Positions 9,447 to 19,715 of a stretch of DNA of 57,729 nucleotides are shown here, piece by piece; the stretch's first letter is position 1; every line of letters begins with the position of its first letter. The translations under genes and the position numbers were made by a program. The notes beneath the pieces are model-generated. The model did no database searches, had not been told where the DNA came from, and saw only the letters and a program-made list of their open reading frames with translations. Source of the stretch: a virus (Duplodnaviria; Caudoviricetes); IMG/VR virus record IMGVR_UViG_3300008261_000142, positions 1 to 57,729 of that record; one strand, 5' to 3'.

Positions 9447-10371
9447 TGCCCATGCCCCCGAAGTTGGCTGTGTTTTGCCTCAGCTGGCAGTCATAAAGAG
9501 ACTTCGCACAGTCGGGAACGAGCTCTAAACGAGAGTTTGCCCAAGACTCTGGCGGGATGCGGTTCAGTACGAACAGCCCCGAGCCGGTTTTCCATTGCTG
9601 AATCGTGATGCGAAGACCGTCCTTCTCCAGAAACGAACGCAGCCACCAGCCGGGGGACTGTGCTCGGATGTAGAGCTGGATCTGGTTGTCAGGGGTGCCC
9701 ACCAGAGTTGAGTGTTCCGGAGCGGTGAGATCAAACCGCAGCTCTACTTCTCTAGAGTTGGCTTGAGCTGCCGGAATCATCACTACTTTAGTTCTGCGAA
9801 TCTTGTTTACATAGCTGAGGGACTGCGCTGGCGGCCCATCGCTCAGGGTCCAGTACTGGCTTCTGGACAGGCCGCATCCGTTTGATGCAAAAATGAAATC
9901 GCATTCGGGATCGCACCTGCGCCCGAGCGTGATGTCCTTCAGACCAGTGGACAGCTCGCTCTCGAACTCAAGTCTGACAAGAGAGGCCTTTCCGTCCGGG
10001 TTTCGAACCACCCTGACAAGTCGACCTTCGTACAGGTACAGCGGCTTGAAGTCGTTGCCGTTCTTGAGCAGGTTGATGACGCTCAGCTGGGTCCTAGGGA
10101 CGCTCCTAGGCTTGCTCATCTGAATAGCCATCGAGGCTAGTTCGGGATTTACAGAGGACCGCAGGGTGGGCAACTCGATCCGGGCAGCCTCTTCGGACAG
10201 CCCGCCGCCCTGACGCGGGAACTCGCATTCGATGGCTGGCTCAGGCTTGTAGGTCTCGCCCTTCCAGATCACCGGACTTTTGGCTGTCGTAGCCGTGACT
10301 ACGGACGTGCCGAACTCGAACCGAAATAGAGGCAGGGACTCCTTAAACGGTTGAAGTAGGGTAAAGCTCAT
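9403..10371 (-). CDS. baseplate hub protein (DUF2163/BR0599-like)
   Basis: Cys pattern RCDPEC..CG..PDCAKS..DC..NTANFGG; gene order. Confidence 0.85.
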   Translation of the reverse strand: MSFTLLQPFKESLPLFRFEFGTSVVTATTAKSPVIWKGETYKPEPAIECEFPRQGGGLSEEAARIELPTLRSSVNPELASMAIQMSKPRSVPRTQLSVINLLKNGNDFKPLYLYEGRLVRVVRNPDGKASLVRLEFESELSTGLKDITLGRRCDPECDFIFASNGCGLSRSQYWTLSDGPPAQSLSYVNKIRRTKVVMIPAAQANSREVELRFDLTAPEHSTLVGTPDNQIQLYIRAQSPGWWLRSFLEKDGLRITIQQWKTGSGLFVLNRIPPESWANSRLELVPDCAKSLYDCQLRQNTANFGGMGIGIPAYNPTLEIRG

Positions 10372-12635
10372 GCGTAGATGGTAACCGGCTCAACTGTGGT
10401 TTTGTACATGGTGCCGATGATATTATGTACTTGGTCTATTTCTGCTGCAGAAAGAGCTCTACCGTAAGAAGCTACTAGATTTGCAGCAGCCGAAACACCG
10501 TAGTTAGTTGCTATCCACGAAGAGTTTGTTGTGACATTCTTCCAAAAACCAGTAAACCAGCTACTGGTCGTATAGTTGCTAGCTGTCCATTTGGTAAAAT
10601 CGTTCGAGGTAGAAAAGGCCTTTTGGCCGTTCACCCAAACTCGGATCTTGGCTGGAGATGCTGCGAAGTTGAGCTGCAGGGTCACTACAGTCGGAACGTC
10701 GGATGAAAGCGAGTAGGTCAGAGGCCACGTCTGCGATGCAAGCCCTGTGGGCAAGTTGACCACCCGACCTCGCGCTGCACCGCTAGTCGGGGAATCGAAA
10801 CGGAATACCAGTCGTCCTTCTGGGCTAACGATATCGAACAGGTCTCTATTCGTGCCTGGGTCAGGGCCGTAGGTCTCGGGTGAGAAGCACAGGAAGAGCG
10901 TCCAGCCCAAAGCAAGATCAGGATCCCACATGTGGCGGTTTCTGATCGGGATAGACGAGTTTGTCTGGTACTCGTACGAGAAGTAGGGATCCTTGATCGA
11001 CAGCTCTCCCCCGTTTTGAAACGGGATAGCCCACCGAATTACGCTAGTGTTCGTGGTTCCCCCGGAAAGCTGCACAAACCTACGCTTTCCGTAAAGGGTC
11101 GATTCTGACCGAGCTACTAGCCTGCTCTCGTCTTCCCAAGAAGAAACTCTCTGGGGAATCTGCGGAAAGGCCCCCACCCTAGTAACCACCCCGTTTACTG
11201 TCGTGTAGCAGCCCACGCCGGCCTTCAGCAGCAGGTTGCACCCTGACACTCCGAGAAATCCGGGGGATTCTTCAGAGTAGCCGATGTTGGCTACAGTTCC
11301 GACTGTTCCGTAGTTGGGCTCTTCTACGATCGAAAGCTGAAAAGCCGGCACAGTCGAAGTATTTGCCCAACGCTCTACGAGATCGTCCTGCTCGAAAGAG
11401 CAAAGCAGGATCGGCTGCACCTCAACAAAGTTGAAGTCGGGCAGGGCCGAGTCGAGGTCTACTCGGAAAAGGCCTCCGGACAGCCTGCTGGCGTCCACAG
11501 CCACTCGCGTGACCTTCTCTCCGTTCGCCCTGATGAACACGAGCTTTTTGAAGTGCGAGTAGACGCCGTAGGAGCTGCCTACCGCCTTAATCAGGATGCG
11601 AGTGCTGGTCACAAACGACCCCAGAGTCCAGGGTCGATGGGGGTGGATCATGTAGAAGCTTCCCGCGCGCCCGCGCATGGCGTCGAAGAAGCGAACTACC
11701 TTCCAACAAGCCTCTCGGTCGTAGCCCATCACCGAGAGTTCGATGGCGTGGTAGGGCACGCCGTAGGGATCCTGAACCGAGGTTCTTCCGATGCGATCCC
11801 TGCTCACATCCTTCCGCATCTCAATCTGCACGCCCTCCGACCAGTCGGGGCTGAGCGGGAAGATCGGCAAGTTGTCCAGGATCTCGCAAAGCGGCGCGAT
11901 CGTCTCAGCGTTGTCAGGCATCACCGCCGGCCAGGTGCCCGGAAGCGCACTGGCTCCATCGAGTTCCTGCCAGGTAAGAGAGAGGCGATAGACACTATCG
12001 GTAAGGTTGACGCCTGTGAGCCTTTCGGCCATCTCGACATCCATGCACGGGATGACCGAGTCTAGAACCGTCACCGTTCGGTAGGCAGCCGTGATGAACT
12101 GCACAAGCATTTCTTCAGGACCCAGTTCTAGGATCGTCCCGAAGATGACGCTGTTCTGGCCTGTGTCGGGGTTGACCTGCAGGGGCATGAAGCAGACTCT
12201 GCCCCCGATGAAGAACCGGCGGTACCTGAAGTCGCCCGTTACCCGACCGGTCGCAGTCCCTGAGTCGTAGGTAAACCCGGTGACCACCGAGGCATCCGGG
12301 TAAATCGGCGCGGGAAAGCCGATGCGCGTTGAGTAGTCAAACGCGGATTGCAGCAGGGCGAAGCTCTCTTCTCTAGACGCACCAACAACCGAGACTTCAA
12401 GCGAGCGCGACGGGCGGGAAAGCAGCGACCACTTTTCAGGCTTGCTCGAGGCGTGAGCTCTCGTGATGTCTGTTTCCCACCGAGAAGACAGCGACACCTC
12501 CATGCCCCAGTCGTTCGGGAACAGCATGGGGTTGATCGGAACCGCGCCTGCTCCGACCGGGAACGGAATCGGCTCCGGCCTCTCGGCTGTGCGTACGAGG
12601 GTGTCGAACTCGAGGGCGGAGATTCTAAGGCTCAT
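10368..12635 (-). CDS. distal tail protein (DUF2460-like, duplicated) with C-terminal LamG-like domain
   Basis: FFDAMRGRAGSF motif; C-terminal IRVWVNG..YGRALSAAEI. Confidence 0.7.
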   Translation of the reverse strand: MSLRISALEFDTLVRTAERPEPIPFPVGAGAVPINPMLFPNDWGMEVSLSSRWETDITRAHASSKPEKWSLLSRPSRSLEVSVVGASREESFALLQSAFDYSTRIGFPAPIYPDASVVTGFTYDSGTATGRVTGDFRYRRFFIGGRVCFMPLQVNPDTGQNSVIFGTILELGPEEMLVQFITAAYRTVTVLDSVIPCMDVEMAERLTGVNLTDSVYRLSLTWQELDGASALPGTWPAVMPDNAETIAPLCEILDNLPIFPLSPDWSEGVQIEMRKDVSRDRIGRTSVQDPYGVPYHAIELSVMGYDREACWKVVRFFDAMRGRAGSFYMIHPHRPWTLGSFVTSTRILIKAVGSSYGVYSHFKKLVFIRANGEKVTRVAVDASRLSGGLFRVDLDSALPDFNFVEVQPILLCSFEQDDLVERWANTSTVPAFQLSIVEEPNYGTVGTVANIGYSEESPGFLGVSGCNLLLKAGVGCYTTVNGVVTRVGAFPQIPQRVSSWEDESRLVARSESTLYGKRRFVQLSGGTTNTSVIRWAIPFQNGGELSIKDPYFSYEYQTNSSIPIRNRHMWDPDLALGWTLFLCFSPETYGPDPGTNRDLFDIVSPEGRLVFRFDSPTSGAARGRVVNLPTGLASQTWPLTYSLSSDVPTVVTLQLNFAASPAKIRVWVNGQKAFSTSNDFTKWTASNYTTSSWFTGFWKNVTTNSSWIATNYGVSAAANLVASYGRALSAAEIDQVHNIIGTMYKTTVEPVTIYA

Positions 12636-14461
12636 AGCGTCTCGATCTTGATGGTATTGAAGCTGACGCTTTCAGGGAACGCTATCTGGCTTGCCGTGGA
12701 GTGATAAGCAGCCTGGACACCAGACTCCGCTACAAGAGTGCCTGGAACTTGGACGGGTCCTAGCGAGAACGAGACCGTGTACGGCAAGTCGATCCCGTCG
12801 CCCAGAGAGATCGAGTCCGCATGGAACTTGCAGTTCACGGAAAGCACTGGCGAGTTGGTCAAATCTATCTTGTATCTCTTATCTGAGTTAAACAGTATAG
12901 ACTTTTGTGTTCCTCCCGATACAAAAAGGGAGTCTACTGCAGAGAGAGTAAAGTAATCGTTGAGGTAAGATGCCAGGGGCAGGCTGCTCTTCCACACCTC
13001 AAAATACTTTTCTCCAAGGGCGTTGTATCCTTGGTTCGTAAAGTGGATCGAGTCTTGTAGGGGGAACTCGTCCATCTCAAGCAAGCTTCCAGGGATGTAA
13101 CTTGAAGAAAGGATGCTCCTGACCCTGTCGATTTCGTAGTAGGTGGGTGAGGTGATTCTACTTGACAGCAAAACCCTAGTAAATCTAATTGTTGCTGGGA
13201 TGTCTGTTTGAAGCTTGTTGAACAGGTTTTTAGTCAGGTTAGCCAGCACCGAGACCCCTTCTGAGGTAAGGGATTCCGTTTCGCCTTGGTGCCAGAAGAA
13301 GTCAATCGAGTCGATAGCAGGCCAGCCCCCCAAGGCTGTTACAGCCGCGTTGATCTGAGTGAGGCTTTGCTGGTAGAGGCTGCCTGTTTGTGTTGGCAGC
13401 CAGCTGTACTGCGGAGATTTGTCGACCTCGTCCAGGAGGCTCGAGTCTTGGCAAAGCTTGATCAGCCTGATGTTCGGGGAGGGCAACTCCTCTGCGCTCT
13501 CGAAGAGGCTTGCGATCTTCTCTGCAAGCATCATCTCCGGACCCCAGTAGGCTGGCGGAACCCCGGTCAAGAAGAAGCCGTAGGTGTTGACCCCCGCCTG
13601 CAGAGGGGCAAAGCCGTAGGAGGCTCCCGAACGCCGCCAAATCTGCACTGCCGAGTTGGTCGTACGCCAAGGCGGGGTTACGCCCACCGAGTACTGCCCT
13701 CGCCCGTGGTTGTTGTTAGAGCCCGCAAGGATGATCAGCCGGTACTTGCCACCGAACTGCGGTGCTGGTGCCCACGACGTGTTGGAGGCCGTTGAGGACA
13801 CCGCCATGCGGCTTCCCATGACCTTGCCTAGGGGCTTTGAGAAGGTCTTCTTGCCGGTCTCCAGGACAGCGTCGGCGATGTAGAGGTCGGCGATGCGGGC
13901 GTACGAGTTCAAGCCAGAGCTGGCTGGGATGATCTGTACTTGAGACCAGTACGAAGAGACGTTTGGCTGAGTGTTTACAAAATTTGCTCTACTGTCGATA
14001 GTTCCGTCGATGTAGAGCTCGATGGAGCCCGAGTTTCCGATCTTTACAACTATTTCGATATACTTTGGAGTGGTGAAGTCTATCGGAGAAGACTCGTGAA
14101 GCAGCTCTTGGTCGTTGGCTCGCATGAACCGCAGCACCGTCTTTCCGTTGACCGGCACAGCTCTGACGCGGACTTGGACAGCTGCTCCAGAGGTTCGAAT
14201 GTCGATAAATGCGAAGCCGGTTGCCGTCGGGTACAGCGTGGCCCAGAACAGAAAGCCGACGATGCAGGTTTCTGCGCCGAAGGCGTTGGGATCCGGCTGA
14301 CTGACTTGCTTGACAAGTGTTCCGATGGTTGCGGTAGTCTGAAGGGACTTCTTGCCCGACTGAGGGTGCAGCCCAGTCATCGTGAAGCCGCTCGCAGTGA
14401 AGTAGCGAGAGGCCAGCAGTGCTGTGGATCGGTAGTCGAGGCTGTCGTGCCAGAGCAACAT
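12632..14461 (-). CDS. minor tail protein with SASA (SGNH, DUF303-like) esterase domain
   Basis: IILAGSNN, WGPEM, FFWHQGETES, DSIHF..GY..LG. Confidence 0.8.
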   Translation of the reverse strand: MLLWHDSLDYRSTALLASRYFTASGFTMTGLHPQSGKKSLQTTATIGTLVKQVSQPDPNAFGAETCIVGFLFWATLYPTATGFAFIDIRTSGAAVQVRVRAVPVNGKTVLRFMRANDQELLHESSPIDFTTPKYIEIVVKIGNSGSIELYIDGTIDSRANFVNTQPNVSSYWSQVQIIPASSGLNSYARIADLYIADAVLETGKKTFSKPLGKVMGSRMAVSSTASNTSWAPAPQFGGKYRLIILAGSNNNHGRGQYSVGVTPPWRTTNSAVQIWRRSGASYGFAPLQAGVNTYGFFLTGVPPAYWGPEMMLAEKIASLFESAEELPSPNIRLIKLCQDSSLLDEVDKSPQYSWLPTQTGSLYQQSLTQINAAVTALGGWPAIDSIDFFWHQGETESLTSEGVSVLANLTKNLFNKLQTDIPATIRFTRVLLSSRITSPTYYEIDRVRSILSSSYIPGSLLEMDEFPLQDSIHFTNQGYNALGEKYFEVWKSSLPLASYLNDYFTLSAVDSLFVSGGTQKSILFNSDKRYKIDLTNSPVLSVNCKFHADSISLGDGIDLPYTVSFSLGPVQVPGTLVAESGVQAAYHSTASQIAFPESVSFNTIKIETL

Positions 14462-17400
14462 TAGACACCTCCCTCCATGCCCAAGGCTTGGCGGTAGGCA
14501 GCCCTGTTCACACGCGCGAAGCGGAGGGTCGCCTTACTGCCCGCAGCCAGCGCACGATCCATGGTCTGCTCGTCGTTGAACTGCAGCACGAACGGCGGCG
14601 TGGAAGAGCCCTCCGATCGCGCCGGCATGGCCCCGACAGGGCCGCCCGTGGCAAAGGAAGATCTCGGAGCAACCTTCGGGGCTGCAGAGCGTCCCTTGGC
14701 GATGGCCGAGACAGCCGAAAGGGCACCAGGGTTCAACTGGCCCTTGTTGAGCATGTCCATGAACCCGTTGCCGTACTTTCGGACGGACTCTGGGCGGATG
14801 ACCCACTCGCCTGGCCGCAGCCATGCAGGGATCGTATCGCGGGCATCGATGCCAAGCGGCTTGCGCGCACGCGCGCCGCGAGCGAATCCCTGCACAGCAC
14901 CGCCCATGGCGAAGGGGCTAGCACCGGGGATCATCCTCATCTTGTCGACAGAGCCGCCTCGAGCTGCGGCAGTTCCTGCGCTAGCAACAGCAAGAAGTGC
15001 AGCAGCATCGGCGATAGCCGCTGCGCCCCCGAACAGCGCAAGCTCCATGTTGAGGGCTGATGCGTTTACGGAAGTGCTAAATGCCGCAGTTGCCGTACCG
15101 ATAGAGACGCTAAACGCTCCGCCAGCCGCAGTGACTGCCGTTGAGAATGCCGCACCCTGAGCCGCGCCCTCAGCCGCGCCCTTGCCTGCGCCTCCCAACA
15201 CATCGATGCCTAGACCGGTGATGGCCTCTGCAAGCAGCTTCTTAAGAACGTCCGTGATCAGCTGCTGGCCGAGCCCGAACAGCAGGCTGCCTGCCGCAGC
15301 CTTCAGGTCGAAGTTGCGGTTGGGATCGAACGCAGAAGCGACCGCCTCGCTGAGGGCCGTTCCGCCGAAGGTGGTAATCGAGTTGGCGAGGTCGTTGCCG
15401 AAGTTCTCGCCGATCTGGAACGTGCTCTGGTTCTCGGCAGCAAACCGCTCAAGCCCGAAGCCCACGCCTTGGGTGATCGAGCCGCTCTCACGCAGCTTAG
15501 CGAGACGGGCCTCGAGCTCTGCACGGGCCTTGCGGGCTCGGTACAGGCGTTCTTCGAAGGCCAGTTCGCTGTTGAGGTTTTCTAGCTGCTTTGCTAGTTC
15601 GCGCGAATTTTGACTTTCAGCGTTGCCACTTCGATCCTTTTCAAGGTTGATAAGCTCTTCAAGACTCAGTCGAGCTTTCGTTGCTTCTGCCTGCTTGATT
15701 TGGAACTGAGCATCTATTCTGGAGCTTTCAGCCTGCTTTGAAAGTACATCTGCCTGCAGCTTTCCAAGTTCGGTAGCGGCCAGAGCAGCAGCAGTGGCAG
15801 CTTGGAGGTCCGAGTCAAAAAGCTTGGAGCGGTTTTCAAAATCAAAATTGCTAACGATCGCCTTTCCTAGAATTTGATTTCTGGCAATCTCATAAGACTT
15901 CCTTTCCTGTTCTGTAATTTGTGCCTGAATATCTGCCCTTTTTTCTAGGAGAATGTTTCTCTTTGCCTCTACCTTAAGCTGCTCTTCAACAGCAGTGTTG
16001 AATTCTTCTAGGCTATTAAGATACTCATCGTTAATAATAGACCCTCTTTGATCTGAAAAAGACTTCAAGACGTTTTTAATTGTCTCAATTCTTTGCTTTA
16101 CATCATCGGTTTCTTGCTGAGTTAGAGATTTTCCAACTACAGACCCAAGAAGTTCTTGGTTCTTTTTAAGCTCTTCTGAAAGTTCAGAGACCTTAGACTT
16201 GTAGTTTTCAAAAGTCTTTACGGTGTTTATTAGCTTTTGACCTGCCTTTCCGGTGGTCTCTTGATACTTCTCTACGACCTTATCGGCCTCTTTAATGGCA
16301 GCTGACTGCCTTTGAATTTCTAGCGACGCTTCAAAGGTGCTTTCAGAAAGTCTCTGCTGCGTATCCAGCAAGGAGTTGATTTGGTCTGCAATTTCGGATG
16401 GCAGGCCTAGGGTCGCTTGAGATTTCTTCAGCTCTGCCGCGCTTTGCCTAATCGACTTCTTCAGATCTTCTCCGACTTCTTGGAGGTCTGAAGAGATCTG
16501 GCGGAAGTCGTTGGCAAGAAGGCCGAGCGAGGTGTCGGAGGCTTCAGTCGCGCTTTCCTTCAGGCCACCAAGGCCGCCAAGCATCTTGTCCAACTGATCG
16601 TTGAGGTACCCAAAGACCGTTGCGATGCCTTCAACGATTGTGAATTTAGAACCCAGAGACTCTAGGGCGAAATCGATCAGTGTGATTCCTGCGACCACCC
16701 CGAGCACGGGAAGCAGCAGCAGCCCGAAAGTCTTCCTAAGAGCAGCACCCGCCTTAGCCGCCAGCGAGAGGTTTGTAGCAAGTGCGGCTGACGCACCCTT
16801 AGAAATGCCTAGAGCAACACCGATGCTCTTGATTCCCAGGTAAGCTCTTTCGACCGCCTTCCTGATTAGCCCCCAAACCTTGAAGAAAAGTACAGCCTTA
16901 GCCGTGAGTAGGACAAAGCTTGCTAGCAGGCTGAGGAGCCCCCCGGCCACCCCAGAAGAGTCTCGAATGACCGAGACGATCTTGTTTAACGCCTTCAGGA
17001 GGTTCGCAACAAGCTGAAGGATCGGCGATGCTAGGTTGAACGCGATGGAGAACGCATTCGCGATGCCTGAAGCGATTAGGCCGAGCGTCTCACCGACCGC
17101 AGCGAGCGTGTCGGCAAACCCTTGAGCATCGATGTCGCGAAAAGCGGCACGGATGCCCTGAACGCCGGTAGCAAGGCCATCGAACAAGCCCTTGAAGGCT
17201 GTAATCGCGGCTGGGTTGAAGACAACCGCTTCTTCAGTGGTCTGAAAGATAGCCTGCTGAATCTCAGCCAGCGAGGCCTTCAACTGCGCGAAGAGGGGCT
17301 CGCTCGACGTAGCGAGCAGTTGCTGGAACGCATCCGATGCGTTGCTGAGCTGGCCCGTGAAGGTGCCCATCAGCTGCTTTCCAGTCGAAGCGATGGCAGC

Positions 17401-18798
17401 AAACCGACGGTCGAGGAACTCGAAAAGCCTTCCGGTTTCCTTGGCTCTCCGGATGTCCTCGTTGGAAATGCCCAGAGCCGTGGCGATTCGGGTGTTTCTC
17501 GCCGAGATCGTGCCCTGGAAGATCGAGCGGATTTCTTCGGCCAGTTGGTCTTGGGCAAGACCAAGGCCGGTAGCTGCCTGCGAGATGTTGACCGTCAGCT
17601 GCCGGATCTGATCGACGGTCAGGTTTGCTTGAATGCCCGGAGCAACGGCTGTCTGGAACGCTTGCGAAAGCTGCTCGTAGCTCGCGGCTGTCTCAAGCGC
17701 GTCCTTGCGGAGCTGCTTGAACTGGTCGATGGCAATGTCCTGCGCCCGCAAAACCTGCTGGTCAATCTCGAGCACGCCGCCGAACGGGTCTCGGACCTCA
17801 GCGGAGGCGGCGATCAGGCCTGCAAGACCAACGCGGCTCGACTCGATCGATGCGTTGAACCTGATCGCCGAAGCGATCATGTTGTTGAACTCGCGAACAA
17901 CAACGCGGGCGACCGTGAATGCCGCCATGATCCCGATGAGGCGGCGGAACGTGAACGAGATCCGGTTGAATACGCTCTGCGTCTTCTCGCCAGTAGTCGT
18001 GAGCTTTCGAAGCTCTTCCTCCGCCTTCTTGATTTTCTGAGCGTTCTCGATGTAGGCAGAGTTCTGACTCAGCAGCTGGAGAGTCTTGAGCTTGAGGGCA
18101 GCCTCTTCGGCTCGGCGTTGGGCGGTATCTTCAGCGGTCTGCCTACCCTCGGCAGTGAGCTTGCCCCTGACTGAAAGAGGGGCCTGGAGCGGCTTTCCAC
18201 CCGCATCCAGGCCCATTTGACGCAGCTTCTCAGTAACCGCCAGCTCGTTCTGCGCCTTGGCAGCCCGCTTGGCAGCTTCTTCCTCTGCGTTGAACTGCTT
18301 GACCTTCTTCTTGCCAATCTCGATGCCAGCCTCAGCGGCCAGTCTTTCGTACTCCCGCTGAGTGGCAATCCTGGTCAGCTCTTTCGTGAGCTTTTGAATA
18401 GCCCCCGCTTCGGCCCGCAGCTTGATGATCTGCGGGTCCTTCTTCAGCTGAAGCTGCTCAAGAGTCTTGAGTTCGCTGGCACGCAGTACAGCGAGCTTGT
18501 TCGTCTCTCGAACGAGGCGATTCTGCGCCTTGCCGATGATCGCTGACGAGTCGGCAAGGCGTACTTGGTTCTCTCGGAGGGCGTCGAACGCTTCTGCGCT
18601 TTCTCGGGCAGCACCCGAGAGCTTCTCCATCTCAGCAGCCGGTCGCTTGAACTTGGCCTTGGACGCCTCAAAGCCGGCTGCTAGCTCAGCCCAGTCCTTC
18701 TTGGAGTCATCGATCGCCTTCGACAGCTTTTTCAGTTCCTCCCGGTAGTTGCCCTGGAGGTTGATTTGATAGATGTCTTGGATCGTGTTGGTAGCCAT
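14461..18798 (-). CDS. tape measure protein
   Basis: 1445 aa, helical and Ala-rich, hydrophobic middle, C-terminal DTIPAWLRPGEWVI..LN..FATGG. Confidence 0.93.
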   Translation of the reverse strand: MATNTIQDIYQINLQGNYREELKKLSKAIDDSKKDWAELAAGFEASKAKFKRPAAEMEKLSGAARESAEAFDALRENQVRLADSSAIIGKAQNRLVRETNKLAVLRASELKTLEQLQLKKDPQIIKLRAEAGAIQKLTKELTRIATQREYERLAAEAGIEIGKKKVKQFNAEEEAAKRAAKAQNELAVTEKLRQMGLDAGGKPLQAPLSVRGKLTAEGRQTAEDTAQRRAEEAALKLKTLQLLSQNSAYIENAQKIKKAEEELRKLTTTGEKTQSVFNRISFTFRRLIGIMAAFTVARVVVREFNNMIASAIRFNASIESSRVGLAGLIAASAEVRDPFGGVLEIDQQVLRAQDIAIDQFKQLRKDALETAASYEQLSQAFQTAVAPGIQANLTVDQIRQLTVNISQAATGLGLAQDQLAEEIRSIFQGTISARNTRIATALGISNEDIRRAKETGRLFEFLDRRFAAIASTGKQLMGTFTGQLSNASDAFQQLLATSSEPLFAQLKASLAEIQQAIFQTTEEAVVFNPAAITAFKGLFDGLATGVQGIRAAFRDIDAQGFADTLAAVGETLGLIASGIANAFSIAFNLASPILQLVANLLKALNKIVSVIRDSSGVAGGLLSLLASFVLLTAKAVLFFKVWGLIRKAVERAYLGIKSIGVALGISKGASAALATNLSLAAKAGAALRKTFGLLLLPVLGVVAGITLIDFALESLGSKFTIVEGIATVFGYLNDQLDKMLGGLGGLKESATEASDTSLGLLANDFRQISSDLQEVGEDLKKSIRQSAAELKKSQATLGLPSEIADQINSLLDTQQRLSESTFEASLEIQRQSAAIKEADKVVEKYQETTGKAGQKLINTVKTFENYKSKVSELSEELKKNQELLGSVVGKSLTQQETDDVKQRIETIKNVLKSFSDQRGSIINDEYLNSLEEFNTAVEEQLKVEAKRNILLEKRADIQAQITEQERKSYEIARNQILGKAIVSNFDFENRSKLFDSDLQAATAAALAATELGKLQADVLSKQAESSRIDAQFQIKQAEATKARLSLEELINLEKDRSGNAESQNSRELAKQLENLNSELAFEERLYRARKARAELEARLAKLRESGSITQGVGFGLERFAAENQSTFQIGENFGNDLANSITTFGGTALSEAVASAFDPNRNFDLKAAAGSLLFGLGQQLITDVLKKLLAEAITGLGIDVLGGAGKGAAEGAAQGAAFSTAVTAAGGAFSVSIGTATAAFSTSVNASALNMELALFGGAAAIADAAALLAVASAGTAAARGGSVDKMRMIPGASPFAMGGAVQGFARGARARKPLGIDARDTIPAWLRPGEWVIRPESVRKYGNGFMDMLNKGQLNPGALSAVSAIAKGRSAAPKVAPRSSFATGGPVGAMPARSEGSSTPPFVLQFNDEQTMDRALAAGSKATLRFARVNRAAYRQALGMEGGV

Positions 18799-18801
18799 CC
18801 C

Positions 18802-19236
18802 TTATCCCCCGAACAGCTTCTTCAGCTTGTCATGGCCGTCCGCGATCTTGCGTTCTTGGATCGCTTCCTTCTGAGTAACCGGCAGAAGGCTTTCGAAGAA
18901 CTCTTCGAACTGCTTCTGGTCTCCGTTGAAGGCGACTCTCATGGCAACGGCGTTCTCACGCAATTCCGAATTCTTGGCATCGTGAGCTCGACCGAGAAGC
19001 CGGTCGAAAGACACGATGTCTAGGTCGAGCAGGAAGTCTAACGGAAAGTGGTGTGAGGACACGGCGACAATCACAGCAAGCTCGAAGTCTTGCCAGAGTG
19101 CATCGTCGCCGTCCTTGCCTGCGCCTGCTGCGGCGCGGCTGGCTACGTTCCGTCGGCTGCCAGAGCCTCGTCCCGCAGACGCGCCACCGCCCCCTTCAGG
19201 GTGGCGGAGATCTCCGTCACCCGATCCTTCAAAGGG
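18802..19236 (-). CDS. tail assembly chaperone T segment (reached by -1 frameshift)
   Basis: The -1 frame is open from slippery CCCTTTG (19236-19230) to the stop at 18802, directly before the TMP gene. Confidence 0.75.
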   Translation of the reverse strand, partial: PFEGSGDGDLRHPEGGGGASAGRGSGSRRNVASRAAAGAGKDGDDALWQDFELAVIVAVSSHHFPLDFLLDLDIVSFDRLLGRAHDAKNSELRENAVAMRVAFNGDQKQFEEFFESLLPVTQKEAIQERKIADGHDKLKKLFGG

Positions 19237-19715
19237 TCGAAAAGCTTCCTGTTGGCCTTGGAGACGCCAACCAGCATCTCGATCATCTTCTCAGCCGGCA
19301 TCTCTGCGACGAACTTGCTGAGGTCTGCAGCAGAGGGGTTGCGCGGGAAGTCGTCGCGCATGCTGTCGACCACCAGAAGAGCCAGCATCGACGAGGCACC
19401 ATCGCTCATCAGTTGCTCGATCAGCTGATCGAGCGTGGTGGCCCGCTGATCGAAGCGGGTCTTTGCCAGGCTGTCCGAGATCGGCTGGATGGTGGTGCGG
19501 AGCTGGCGACCACCATCCGGAGCCTGAACCTCCACCGACTCCCGCCCGATGTCGTTCTGCTGCGAAGTCAGTAGAGCGGCGATGCCCTTTGCAAGCGGCT
19601 TCGCCAAACCACGCAGCTGAAACAGCACCTTCGTGCTGATCGGGTAAAACTTGCAGACCTTTTCGCCGACCGGATGTTCGACGAAAGACGGAGTCAGGAA
19701 GGGAGTGAGGTTCAT
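19143..19715 (-). CDS. tail assembly chaperone G
   Basis: Lies between tail tube and TMP genes; TGATG-coupled start. Confidence 0.8.
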   Translation of the reverse strand: MNLTPFLTPSFVEHPVGEKVCKFYPISTKVLFQLRGLAKPLAKGIAALLTSQQNDIGRESVEVQAPDGGRQLRTTIQPISDSLAKTRFDQRATTLDQLIEQLMSDGASSMLALLVVDSMRDDFPRNPSAADLSKFVAEMPAEKMIEMLVGVSKANRKLFDPLKDRVTEISATLKGAVARLRDEALAADGT

